A DNA stretch of 64,000 nt from Candidatus Eiseniibacteriota bacterium. GTDB lineage: Bacteria; Arandabacterota; Arandabacteria; Arandabacterales; Arandabacteraceae. A model generated the notes under the pieces. The model saw nothing but the letters and a program-made list of their open reading frames with translations. It ran no database searches and was not told where the DNA came from. The stretch is from assembly GCA_043808325.1 (NCBI GenBank), contig JAZDEY010000037.1, positions 19,623 to 83,622 on the forward strand, given 5' to 3'. Each line of letters starts with the position of its first letter. Position 1 is the first letter of the stretch. A program made the position numbers and the translations under genes. Below are positions 16,473-25,609 of the stretch, piece after piece.

Positions 16473-17558
16473 CTATCTCCTCAGGTAGACGCTCTCGAGG
16501 CCGTCGACCACTCTATTCCATGAGAACTCTTCTCTCACCCGCGCAAGAGCTTTCGCACCCACCGCGACCGTGATATCAGGATGTCCGTCCATTTCAGAGA
16601 TCACACCTGCCAGGTCCTCTCTGTCACCGACCCTAAACCTGATTGCACCATCCTCCACAACGTCGGTGTTTTCGGGGATGTCGCTTACGATCACGCATTT
16701 GCCGTGGGACATCGCCTCCAGCAGCGACAGAGACATCCCCTCGGTGATCGACGGATGAACCACCGCATAGGCCCCGTTCCAGAGCTCCGAAAGAAGGTCC
16801 CCGTAAATCTCTCCAGTGAAGATAACGCGTTCGTTTGCAAGGGCCCTCAGCTTCGACTCATAGTCCGGGCTCAGGTGGGCGCTGCCGACCATAGCAAGCT
16901 TCCTAGCAGTCTTGGCCTTTGTGAACGCCTCCACCAGGGTGTGGCACCCCTTCTCGGGACCCAGGCGGCCCACAAAGAGGTAGTAGTCTCCTCGGGAAAG
17001 GCCGAACCGCCCTATGTTCGCAGGCTCACGATTGTCTCCGAGCCTCACTCCATTGGGAATATACGTGACAGTTCGCTTGTATCTGTCTTGGAAGTACTTC
17101 TTAAGGACATTCGATACCACCACGGTCTCATTGGGGAAGTGGCAGGCGGTATACTCGCATCTCTTGAGAAGCCAGGTGGCAAAGCGTCCCCACTTGCCAC
17201 CGCGCCAGTCAAGACCGTGTACGGTCGCAACGGTCCGCGCACCGGCAATCCTGGGCACGAAAGAGAGCGCCGACGGGCCGAGCGCATGATAGTGGACCAC
17301 ATCCGGTTTCATCGAAAGCACGTGAGCGGTCGCAATAAGCGTGTGGCTGGCAGCATCGAGATGCCGGGTCTTTATGCTCGGGAGTTTAACCAGGTTGACG
17401 CCACGGTAATTGCCCTCCATCACGGTATAGTAGGGGCGGCAGTAGACGAACACGGTGTGCCCGCGCTCGGTCAGCATCACAGCGATCTCCTCGACGTGTT
17501 TCTCTATCCCGCCGTACCTGGCAGGTATTCCCTTTTGACCGATCATTGCGATCCTCAT
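16473..17558 (-). CDS. Glycosyltransferase family 4
   Basis: GIPARYGGIE, VGRLGPEKG, EGMSLSLLEAMS. Confidence 0.92.
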   Translation of the reverse strand: MRIAMIGQKGIPARYGGIEKHVEEIAVMLTERGHTVFVYCRPYYTVMEGNYRGVNLVKLPSIKTRHLDAASHTLIATAHVLSMKPDVVHYHALGPSALSFVPRIAGARTVATVHGLDWRGGKWGRFATWLLKRCEYTACHFPNETVVVSNVLKKYFQDRYKRTVTYIPNGVRLGDNREPANIGRFGLSRGDYYLFVGRLGPEKGCHTLVEAFTKAKTARKLAMVGSAHLSPDYESKLRALANERVIFTGEIYGDLLSELWNGAYAVVHPSITEGMSLSLLEAMSHGKCVIVSDIPENTDVVEDGAIRFRVGDREDLAGVISEMDGHPDITVAVGAKALARVREEFSWNRVVDGLESVYLRR

Positions 17559-18769
17559 CGGGTCACATCCTGGTAGATCGCCATCAGCTTCTGGTAATGG
17601 CTTTCGGGTGAGTACTCCCTGCTCACGATCTCCCTTGCCGTTCGCCCCATCTTGGTCCGGCGGCCGTGGTCCGAACAGATCCGCTCGGCCGCATCGGCAA
17701 GCGAGACCGCGACCCCGCGGTCGAAGAGGTAACCGGTCACTTCGTCCCTCACGAGCTCCGCGATGCCGCCGCTGTCTGCAGCAATCGCGGGCTTGCCTCT
17801 GGCAAACGCCTCCAGAATACTGAGCGGGAGATTCTCATACGAGATCGAGGGCACCACCACACAGCAGGCCCCTTCGAGCAGCCGCTCAAGGGCATCCCCC
17901 TTTACGTATCCCGCAAACCTGACGTTGGTAAGACCCAATCGCCTGGCTTGATACTTGAAACTCTCCAGCTCCGGACCCTCCCCCGCCAACACGAAAGCAA
18001 CCGCTCTGGCAAGACCAGCTGCCTCCAGCAGAGTCCCCACTCCCTTTTCGGTGGAGATCCTACCCGTGAAGAGCACGTAACCATCGGTGCGCCGGCTGTA
18101 ATCGGGACCGAGCGGAACGAAATACGGCAGGTGCACAAGCTTGTCCGCGGTCCACCCCAGAGAGGCAACTCGGGATTTGAGGAAGAGGCTGGGCGCTATG
18201 AAACGCCCGATCTTCTTGTAGAGCCCCAGCCAGGCGTGGAGATAAGACTCCATGCAGCCCAGCAGGCTCGAGCCGCGCGAGCCGTCTATGCACCGCTTGG
18301 GGACCACATGCCAGAAGTCACCGGACGTGCAGGCCTCGCAGGGCTGGCCGTCCACGAAGCAGGAGTGGGCCGGGCACACCAGAAAAAGGTCATGTAGGGT
18401 CTCGACCATAGGAATGCCCCTGCTATGTACCGCATCTACTATAGAGGGTGATAGCTGTCTGGAGATATTGTGAAAGTGCACAATATCGGGCTTCTCGGCG
18501 TCCATCACTTGGGCGATTCTCTTCCTCGCCTCGTATGAGTAAATCACCCTCGCGGCGGCTCTCATCTTTGACCCCGACCCCATAGGAGCATTTAGATCTA
18601 TCGTCGTAACGAAGAACGGCGAATCCTCCGATGGCAGGTTGCGCTCATGCTTCATGGAGAAGTGCGCGACAGCGTGACCGCGCTTCTCCAGAAGCCTGCA
18701 GAGGTCAAAGAAGTAGCGCTCCGAACCCCCGCGAACGTAAAAGAACTTGTTTACCTGAAGTATTCTCAT
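17555..18769 (-). CDS. Glycosyltransferase family 4
   Basis: GGSERY, GRISTEKG, YENLPLSILEAFA; same subfamily as 13174-14400. Confidence 0.92.
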   Translation of the reverse strand: MRILQVNKFFYVRGGSERYFFDLCRLLEKRGHAVAHFSMKHERNLPSEDSPFFVTTIDLNAPMGSGSKMRAAARVIYSYEARKRIAQVMDAEKPDIVHFHNISRQLSPSIVDAVHSRGIPMVETLHDLFLVCPAHSCFVDGQPCEACTSGDFWHVVPKRCIDGSRGSSLLGCMESYLHAWLGLYKKIGRFIAPSLFLKSRVASLGWTADKLVHLPYFVPLGPDYSRRTDGYVLFTGRISTEKGVGTLLEAAGLARAVAFVLAGEGPELESFKYQARRLGLTNVRFAGYVKGDALERLLEGACCVVVPSISYENLPLSILEAFARGKPAIAADSGGIAELVRDEVTGYLFDRGVAVSLADAAERICSDHGRRTKMGRTAREIVSREYSPESHYQKLMAIYQDVTR

Positions 18770-19749
18770 CTTCTCTTAGAGAGCGTCTTGAGGTGGTGCC
18801 GGGCTCTGGCCCACCCCACCCTGACCGCGAACACCGGCAAGCGCCGCCGCATCTCCGGAGCAACCGTGCACGTCATCCAGCACCTGCGTCGGCAGCCCCG
18901 CACCGCCTGAGGCGTGGCGGGGTTTTCGCTCAAGATCTGGTCAAATGACTTCTCACGTATGTTGCCGATCTTCCTGTCCCAGAGGTGGCACGGATATAGG
19001 TTTCCCTCGGCGTCCAGGTAGAAGAAGTCAAGCCCGGCCCGACACCGCAACGGTCTGGGCAGGCCACGTTCCACATCGATCAGCCCTTCGACAAAGTATG
19101 CCTTGAACCAATCCTTAGGATTCCTTGAGGCGAAGAGACGTGATCTCACCTGCTCCATGTCGCGAATTGCGACGTCCGGGGGCGGCTCCTCCTCGTGCTT
19201 GTCTCCGAAGAATACCGGCGAGCTGTGCGTCACGGTGAAACTGAATTGCACTCCCTGCTTCCGGGCCATTCCCTGAATGTCTCCGATGACCCCGGCATTG
19301 TGCCGGGACATCGTGGCACAGATGCCCACATCCCTGATTCCATAGTCTCGAGCGACCTTGAGAGTCTCGATCGCCTTCGCATAGGCGCCCTGTACCCCGC
19401 GGATCCTATCGTGCAACTCGCCCAAACCGTCAATCGACACCCTGAGGGATATTGGGCCCACTAAGGGCAGGACCTTATGCAGTCTCTCGGGAAGAAGGCC
19501 GTTGGTGGAAAGCACGATTCGAACATGAGGGCATCGCCGCTTAAGTGCAAGAATGACTTCGGCAAGGTCCTCCCTGAGGAGAGGCTCGCCCCCCGTCACA
19601 TTAATTTCCCTCAAGGACGATGGGAGTCTCTCGTAGTCCTTGGGCGAGAGTTCAGGGGTTGGCCCTCGCTTCCAGATGTCACACATGCTGCAGCGCGCAT
19701 TGCACCGGTTGGTGACTGCGACAATAGCATGGGTAGGGCCCGCCCGCAC
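18766..19749 (-). CDS. Radical SAM protein with SPASM/twitch C-terminus
   Basis: CNARCSMC, TGGEPLLR, STNG, SIDG; C-terminal CRAG..YPCH..IGNI..CRRRCWMTC. Confidence 0.9.
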   Translation of the reverse strand: MRAGPTHAIVAVTNRCNARCSMCDIWKRGPTPELSPKDYERLPSSLREINVTGGEPLLREDLAEVILALKRRCPHVRIVLSTNGLLPERLHKVLPLVGPISLRVSIDGLGELHDRIRGVQGAYAKAIETLKVARDYGIRDVGICATMSRHNAGVIGDIQGMARKQGVQFSFTVTHSSPVFFGDKHEEEPPPDVAIRDMEQVRSRLFASRNPKDWFKAYFVEGLIDVERGLPRPLRCRAGLDFFYLDAEGNLYPCHLWDRKIGNIREKSFDQILSENPATPQAVRGCRRRCWMTCTVAPEMRRRLPVFAVRVGWARARHHLKTLSKRR

Positions 19750-19764
19750 AGACCGTCCTCCTCT

Positions 19765-20394
19765 TTAGGGCTTGTAAGGCTTATCCGTAAGCCCCGTCGT
19801 GCACGTTAGATCTCTGACGTCTCCCACGATGCGGGCAGGATTGCCATACGCTAGGGAGTACGGCGGTATGTTCTTGGTAACGACGCTACCCCCACCTATC
19901 AGGCTGCCTTCGCCAATCTCCACAAAGGGAAGAATGGTGACGTTGACCCCGATCTGCACGCCGCGCCCTACGTGAGGTCCGCGCATGCACCTGGATGAGA
20001 GCTCGCACCCCGGGTGAATGTCGTTTGCGATAGTTACTCCCGGCGCCATGAACGCGAAATCGTCGATCACTGTGAACTGGGCTACATAGCAGTTGCAGTG
20101 AATCTTGACGCCTCTCCCGATCTTGCAGCCATAATCGATCACCGTATTGTTCCAGACCGAGAAATCGTCGCCAATCTGGTTCTCCTCACGAATCACCACG
20201 TTGTGACCGGTTTGTAGATCGGCGCCGATCACCACCCCGCCATAGATCACCGTCCCCGTCCGTATTCGGGCCCTGTCTCCGATCATCACCGTATCTACGT
20301 TCTTGCCCCTGGCGGCAGGATAGCCCAGGATCGCGCCAGTATCGACCAGACAGCCTTGCCCTATGGTGACCACCGGCCTCGCTTGAGTTGTCAC
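19765..20394 (-). CDS. Hexapeptide-repeat acyltransferase (WbpD-like)
   Basis: Left-handed beta-helix repeats, GVQIGVNVTILP, IGGGSVVTK, YGNPAR. Confidence 0.88.
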   Translation of the reverse strand: MTTQARPVVTIGQGCLVDTGAILGYPAARGKNVDTVMIGDRARIRTGTVIYGGVVIGADLQTGHNVVIREENQIGDDFSVWNNTVIDYGCKIGRGVKIHCNCYVAQFTVIDDFAFMAPGVTIANDIHPGCELSSRCMRGPHVGRGVQIGVNVTILPFVEIGEGSLIGGGSVVTKNIPPYSLAYGNPARIVGDVRDLTCTTGLTDKPYKP

Positions 20395-21455
20395 TTACTG
20401 CCTCCACTCCGTTCAAGCGCAAGCGGTGCCCCTCCCAGCTTGGCCGATTCGCAAGCACGTTCCACAACCTTGACCACTGCAAGCCCGGCCCGGCCATTGC
20501 TCTGCGGGCTGGAGCCATCTCTTATGCATTCGATGAAGTGAGCGCACTCCACCTTCAAGGGTTCCACATCATTGATCTTCGGAACTATTATGTCCCCGAA
20601 CCTGTAGGCCAGCTGGAACTCCCCAAACGTGTCGTAATGCGGTTGGATGGTCACTCCTTTGTCGTAGACCCTGATCTTCTCAAGAGTCGATGTGTCGTCG
20701 TAGACCAGCATCTTCTTGCTCCCAACCAGGGTGGTACGCCTTATTTTACATGGGTCGAGCCAGCTCACATGGATATGTGCCACCACACCCCTGGGGTACT
20801 GAAGCACCACGAAGGCAACGTCCTCGATACCCGGCCTGATATACGACCTGGCAAAGGTGGACACCGTCACGGGTTCGCGCCCGAAGATGTAGTTAAGGAT
20901 CGAGATGTCGTGAGGGGCAAGGTCCCAGATCACGTTTATGTCTTCCTGGAATAGCCCCAGGTTAACCCGAACACTGCTTACATAGAAGATCTCCCCCAGC
21001 TCCCCGGCCTCGACCAGTTCCTTCATCTTCTGGACGGCGGCGTTATATACGAAGGTGTGCCCGGCGAAGAGAATCAGACCCTTGCTCTCCGCGATTCGGT
21101 TCAGGTCCTCGGCTTCAGCTATGCTGCCGGCCAACGGCTTCTCCACCAGAACGTGCTTGCCTCCTTCCAGGCAGGCTTTGGCAATCGGGTAATGCGTGGA
21201 GACCGGTGTCGCAATAGCGACTCCCTGCACTTCCGGGTCCTCAATCAGATCCTGAAACCGTTTGGTCGCCGTTACCTGGGGATAGAGCGCCTTCATGTGA
21301 TTGAGACGCGCGTCCTCCATGTCGCAGCAGTACTTGACCCTGGATATCGGCAACTGACTGAGGTTCCGCAGGAGATTGGGACCCCAGTATCCGCACCCTA
21401 TCACTCCGACCGTAGCTGCGTTGTCCTCTTTGGGTGCCGGGTTGGCTGATGCCAT
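20391..21455 (-). CDS. Gfo/Idh/MocA oxidoreductase (WbpB-like sugar 3-dehydrogenase)
   Basis: GCGYWG, IATPVSTH, VEKP, WDLAPHD, SWLDP. Confidence 0.88.
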   Translation of the reverse strand: MASANPAPKEDNAATVGVIGCGYWGPNLLRNLSQLPISRVKYCCDMEDARLNHMKALYPQVTATKRFQDLIEDPEVQGVAIATPVSTHYPIAKACLEGGKHVLVEKPLAGSIAEAEDLNRIAESKGLILFAGHTFVYNAAVQKMKELVEAGELGEIFYVSSVRVNLGLFQEDINVIWDLAPHDISILNYIFGREPVTVSTFARSYIRPGIEDVAFVVLQYPRGVVAHIHVSWLDPCKIRRTTLVGSKKMLVYDDTSTLEKIRVYDKGVTIQPHYDTFGEFQLAYRFGDIIVPKINDVEPLKVECAHFIECIRDGSSPQSNGRAGLAVVKVVERACESAKLGGAPLALERSGGSK

Positions 21456-22991
21456 CTAGTACGCTCCTTTCCCAGACACTATTATGGGAATAGTCTTAAG
21501 GATTATCTCGACGTCCAGCAGGATGCTCCACCGATTGATGTAATAGAGGTCCAGCAGAACCATATCGTGAAACGGAACACTGGATCTGCCGCTGACCTGC
21601 CACAGCCCAGTGATTCCAGGTTTGGCCCGCAGTCGACGCTTGTGCCACTCCTTGTAAATTGTCAGTTCATAGGCTATGGGGGGCCGCGGCCCGACGAAGC
21701 TCATATCGCCTTTCAAGACATTGAAGATCTGCGGAAGCTCATCCAAGCTGGTCTTCCTCAAGATCTTGCCGATCGAGGTCACACGCGGATCGTCCGGCAT
21801 CTTATAGATTTTCTTATCGCTCTTCTCATCCCTCAAGCGGAGTTCCTTGCCTCCGATGAAACTAGTCGCATATTCGCGGTGCAGAGTATCATCGGTGTCG
21901 TGCCGCATCGTCCGGAACTTGTAGAAGGTAAACGGTCGGCCGTCCCGCCCGGCTCTTATCTGCTTATAAAGGACCGGACCCGGCGAGAGCACCTTGACCA
22001 GCAGCGAGATCATGAGCAACAAGGGTGCAAACACAACGACAATGAATATCGAGATCGCCAGATCGACGCCCCGTTTCACTACCAGGCCCACACCCTTCAG
22101 GGCAGGCTCCCCGAGGCTGCCCTTCGGCACGCCGTCAACCTTCTCCTTCCGTTCCTCGGGCATCAGTATCTGAAACATGTCCGAAACCAGTCGGATCGGA
22201 AGCCCCGTCCTGGAGCATCTGGAAATTACGTCAAATGAGATCCGACTCTCGAGCAAGGCCAACGGGAGGAAGATCTCCTCGATGCAGTAGTCACTGACGA
22301 TGTCATCAAGTGCGTTCACTTTGCCGAGCACGAATTCGGGCCCGAGGTCGGAGGCGATCTCGCCTTCCTGGGTCTCCACGAATCCGACAACCTCGTAACC
22401 ATTGGTGAAGGGCAAGTGCTTGCCGACAAACCGTCTGGCAAACGGAATTGCGCCCACAACCACGGCCCGCCTGTTGGCGGTCGGAGTCTTCGCCCGCCTT
22501 TTGAGGGCGTCACGCACCAATCCTATGCGAACCATCGACAGCGTCATCACCGCAAGGCACCAGCCAAACGCAAGGGTCAACCTGGTCTCTACGAAGTAGT
22601 AGCGTTTGAACACGAATGAAAGGGCCAGCAGCAACAGGAACCCCAGGGTTATGCTCTTAACTATGGACACAAGCTGGCCCAGTCCCGATATGATCTTGGT
22701 ACGCCGGTATAGCCCCTCGAAGCTGAATACTGCGGTCCAGGCGAGGCCGAACGCGACCAGGGCAACCATGTGATCCAGATCGGGCCGAGTGAGGGTGAAA
22801 TCGCTGACACCGCGCACCAAGCCGCGAACCACCGTCCGGAGCCAGGATCCCAGAAAGAGGGAGACCCAGATGCAGCAGAGGTCCAGCAGCCAGAGGATGA
22901 AGCCTCTGGAGAGCATACTGCGCTTACGCAGCCCGGCATTCGCCGGGGATGTGCCGGTCGAGGACTGCTCTCTGGTCTCCAAGATCTTCAT
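21456..22991 (-). CDS. Polyprenyl-phosphate glycosylphosphotransferase (initiating sugar transferase, WcaJ/WbaP family)
   Basis: N-terminal TM helices plus Rossmann-like region, KRGVDL, YKFRTM, RKTSLDELPQ, GDMSFVGPRP, KPGITGLWQV. Confidence 0.93.
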   Translation of the reverse strand: MKILETREQSSTGTSPANAGLRKRSMLSRGFILWLLDLCCIWVSLFLGSWLRTVVRGLVRGVSDFTLTRPDLDHMVALVAFGLAWTAVFSFEGLYRRTKIISGLGQLVSIVKSITLGFLLLLALSFVFKRYYFVETRLTLAFGWCLAVMTLSMVRIGLVRDALKRRAKTPTANRRAVVVGAIPFARRFVGKHLPFTNGYEVVGFVETQEGEIASDLGPEFVLGKVNALDDIVSDYCIEEIFLPLALLESRISFDVISRCSRTGLPIRLVSDMFQILMPEERKEKVDGVPKGSLGEPALKGVGLVVKRGVDLAISIFIVVVFAPLLLMISLLVKVLSPGPVLYKQIRAGRDGRPFTFYKFRTMRHDTDDTLHREYATSFIGGKELRLRDEKSDKKIYKMPDDPRVTSIGKILRKTSLDELPQIFNVLKGDMSFVGPRPPIAYELTIYKEWHKRRLRAKPGITGLWQVSGRSSVPFHDMVLLDLYYINRWSILLDVEIILKTIPIIVSGKGAY

Positions 22992-22994
22992 CTC

Positions 22995-24122
22995 TTAGGC
23001 CTCTCCGACTATCTCCTTGAGGCAATCAGCAACGTACTGCTGCTGCTCAGAGGTGATCTCCGCGTACATTGGCAACGATAGGATTTCGTCGGCAGCAACT
23101 TCGGTGAAGGGATAGCTGCCCCTGGGCAGATTGAGATGCTTATAAGCATCCAACAGGTGAATCGGTATGGGGTAGTGCAAGCCGCAGGACACACCCCTGA
23201 CCTCCAGCGCCTGTTTGACCCTGTCTCGTGATTTGACCCGCACCACGTAGAGATGGTAAATATGCTTTGCTCCCGGCATCTCTATGGGGGTAACCAGGTT
23301 CAGACCCGAGAGCAATTTGTCATAACGTTCGGCGGCTCTATGTCTCATCTGATTCCAATCATCCAGATGAGGCAGCTTGGCACTCAGGACAGCAGCCTGT
23401 ATGCCGTCAAGCCGTTCATTGTAACCTTCAACCGAATGATCGTTGGCGCCCCGCCGGCCGTGGTTCGCAAGCAGTCTCACGCGGTCCGCCACGGCCTTAT
23501 CGTCAGTAACCACAATTCCCGCATCGCCGTAAGCGCCCAGGTTCTTCGCAGGATAGAAGCTGAAACCGGCTGCATGGCCGTAGGAGCCCGCGCGCTTGCC
23601 CATGTACTCGGCTCCCTGCGCCTGGGCGGCGTCCTCGACCACAACTAGGTTGTGCCTCTTGGCCATTTCTGCGATCGCATCCATCTGAGCCATCTGACCG
23701 TATAGGTGCACCGGGATCACCGCTCTGGTCCGATCGGTTATGGCGGCCTCGATCCGCGAGATATCGATCGTGAAATCCTCGGGACGCATGTCCACCAGCC
23801 GGGGCCTTGCTCCGGCATGAGAGATCGCTTCGGTGGTAGCAATAAAAGTGTTTGCCGCAGTGATAACTTCGTCCCCAGCGCCTATGCCCAGAGCGGCCAG
23901 AGCAAGGTGGAGAGCCGATGTTCCTGAGCTCACACCGACGGCGTATTTGGCCCCGCAGAATTCCGCAAACTCCTTCTCGAAAGTCTCGACATACTTGCCG
24001 CCGATGAAGGCCGTGTTCTCAACCACCCCGGACATGGCAGTCTGGACCTCATCCCTGATTGTGTTGTACTGAGCTTTCAGATCGACGAACGGCACCTTCA
24101 CGTCACAAACTCCTTCCTTCAA
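22995..24122 (-). CDS. DegT/DnrJ/EryC1/StrS PLP aminotransferase (WbpE/GnnB-like)
   Basis: VPFVDL, PVHLYGQ, EDAAQA, FSFYPAKNLGAYGDAG, LSLPMY. Confidence 0.93.
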   Translation of the reverse strand: MKEGVCDVKVPFVDLKAQYNTIRDEVQTAMSGVVENTAFIGGKYVETFEKEFAEFCGAKYAVGVSSGTSALHLALAALGIGAGDEVITAANTFIATTEAISHAGARPRLVDMRPEDFTIDISRIEAAITDRTRAVIPVHLYGQMAQMDAIAEMAKRHNLVVVEDAAQAQGAEYMGKRAGSYGHAAGFSFYPAKNLGAYGDAGIVVTDDKAVADRVRLLANHGRRGANDHSVEGYNERLDGIQAAVLSAKLPHLDDWNQMRHRAAERYDKLLSGLNLVTPIEMPGAKHIYHLYVVRVKSRDRVKQALEVRGVSCGLHYPIPIHLLDAYKHLNLPRGSYPFTEVAADEILSLPMYAEITSEQQQYVADCLKEIVGEA

Positions 24123-25606
24123 GTACTCTCGCCCCGCGCCATAGCCATGGCGCGTTTCATAGTTGCCCTCTGATATCCTCCCGCCACTATTCCTGCCATC
24201 ATGTAGGGCAGCGTATTCATAAACTCATAGAATCGTGGTTCGAGAAACAGCGTTTCGGTCAGGTAGGCAAGCATGATCGCAATGACGACGATGACAAACT
24301 CGTAATCATACGCGTCTGCAGGGATCTTGCGAGCCCTGGCAAGCATGCTGAATACGAAATAGTAGAGCAGAACGAATGGCACAAAGCCGGAGAGGCCGAT
24401 TTCCGTAAGCACGCTCAGGAACTGATTATGCTGGTTGGTAGCGGCTGCTACCCAGGCTTCCTTGTAACCGAGGAACGTCGACCGCACTTGGGAGACATAG
24501 GGTCCGGAATTCTCCATGAAACGGGTGAAGCCGACCCCGAAAAGGGGATGGTCCGCAAACATCCGCATTGATGCAGTGGCGAGCACTACTCTTCCCTGGG
24601 CGGTATCGCGCGTCGCAATCCCCCCAGCTTCACGATTGGAGGTCGTTACGTTCGACCAGTTGCCGATCACCGCAAGAAACATCGCGACGATCAGGATCAG
24701 AGCCGGCAGGCGCTGCCTCTTGGAAAACACGAGCATGATCACAAGAGCGACGAGGAAACCCGTATACACCGACCTCGTGTAGGTAAAGAAGATCCCGATC
24801 GGTATAAGAATCGTAATCAGGACTGAGCAAATCCTCGAGAATGCTCCGCCGCGTTTGGACAGTGCGTACATAGCCAATACGTAGGTAGCGGTCATAGCGT
24901 ATCCGGTCGCAGCCGGCTGGACGAATGCTCCCATTGCTCTGCCCGCCCAATCGATTCCAAACTTACCGCCCATTGACTCGCCAATGTATCTCGGGAAAAC
25001 CAGCACCATCACCCGGTAATGTTCAAAGATCGCCGTCAGCGGAAAGTACATGACCAAAGGTACGGCAAACCAGAAGATGAACCTGTCCAAGGTACGTCGA
25101 TCGGTGAAGGTATTCTTGGCGATCGTGTACATAGCGTACGGGATGACGTAGCCGTTCAAGAGCTCCCGGGTGGGCCACCATCCCATGGTCAGCATCGAAA
25201 GCACAAAAGCACCGATCACCAACAACATCGTCGTTCCGATTGCGTCGCTGGGGAGCAAGCGCCTCCGCTCCAGCAGGATCTCCAGCAAGAAGATGATCCA
25301 GACAAAAACAAACATCAGCCGAGGCACGTCAAGATCGGGCCACCTACCGGGTATCACTATCCGCCAGTAGTAGTTCAGAAACACCAATGAGTAAAGATAG
25401 ATAAGCATGCCTGCATATATGTTCCTAATAATCACCATGTAGCCGACAAGCATGACGTTGACCAGAACCAGAAACCTGACCAGGCTGTAGAGGGTCAGGG
25501 TGGTGCGGTACCCGGCAACCACGCCCATGAGGATTGAGACGCATATCAGCGCCAAAAGCGTTCCGTTGGCCCGCAGTCGCCGCAATCTGACTTGAAGAGC
25601 TTCCAT
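24119..25606 (-). CDS. O-antigen ligase/polymerase (Wzy/WaaL) family membrane protein
   Basis: Polytopic; GRAMGAF, TYTRSVY, R...MFADHPLFGVG, HNQFL. Confidence 0.82.
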   Translation of the reverse strand: MEALQVRLRRLRANGTLLALICVSILMGVVAGYRTTLTLYSLVRFLVLVNVMLVGYMVIIRNIYAGMLIYLYSLVFLNYYWRIVIPGRWPDLDVPRLMFVFVWIIFLLEILLERRRLLPSDAIGTTMLLVIGAFVLSMLTMGWWPTRELLNGYVIPYAMYTIAKNTFTDRRTLDRFIFWFAVPLVMYFPLTAIFEHYRVMVLVFPRYIGESMGGKFGIDWAGRAMGAFVQPAATGYAMTATYVLAMYALSKRGGAFSRICSVLITILIPIGIFFTYTRSVYTGFLVALVIMLVFSKRQRLPALILIVAMFLAVIGNWSNVTTSNREAGGIATRDTAQGRVVLATASMRMFADHPLFGVGFTRFMENSGPYVSQVRSTFLGYKEAWVAAATNQHNQFLSVLTEIGLSGFVPFVLLYYFVFSMLARARKIPADAYDYEFVIVVIAIMLAYLTETLFLEPRFYEFMNTLPYMMAGIVAGGYQRATMKRAMAMARGEST

Positions 25607-25609
25607 GTC

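Noticed and set aside
18766-19749. This radical SAM enzyme as the AmmeMemoRadiSam AmrS
   Set aside because: It is 21 kb away, coupled to GTs, and has a SPASM-type tail instead of the AmrS N-terminal Cys motif.
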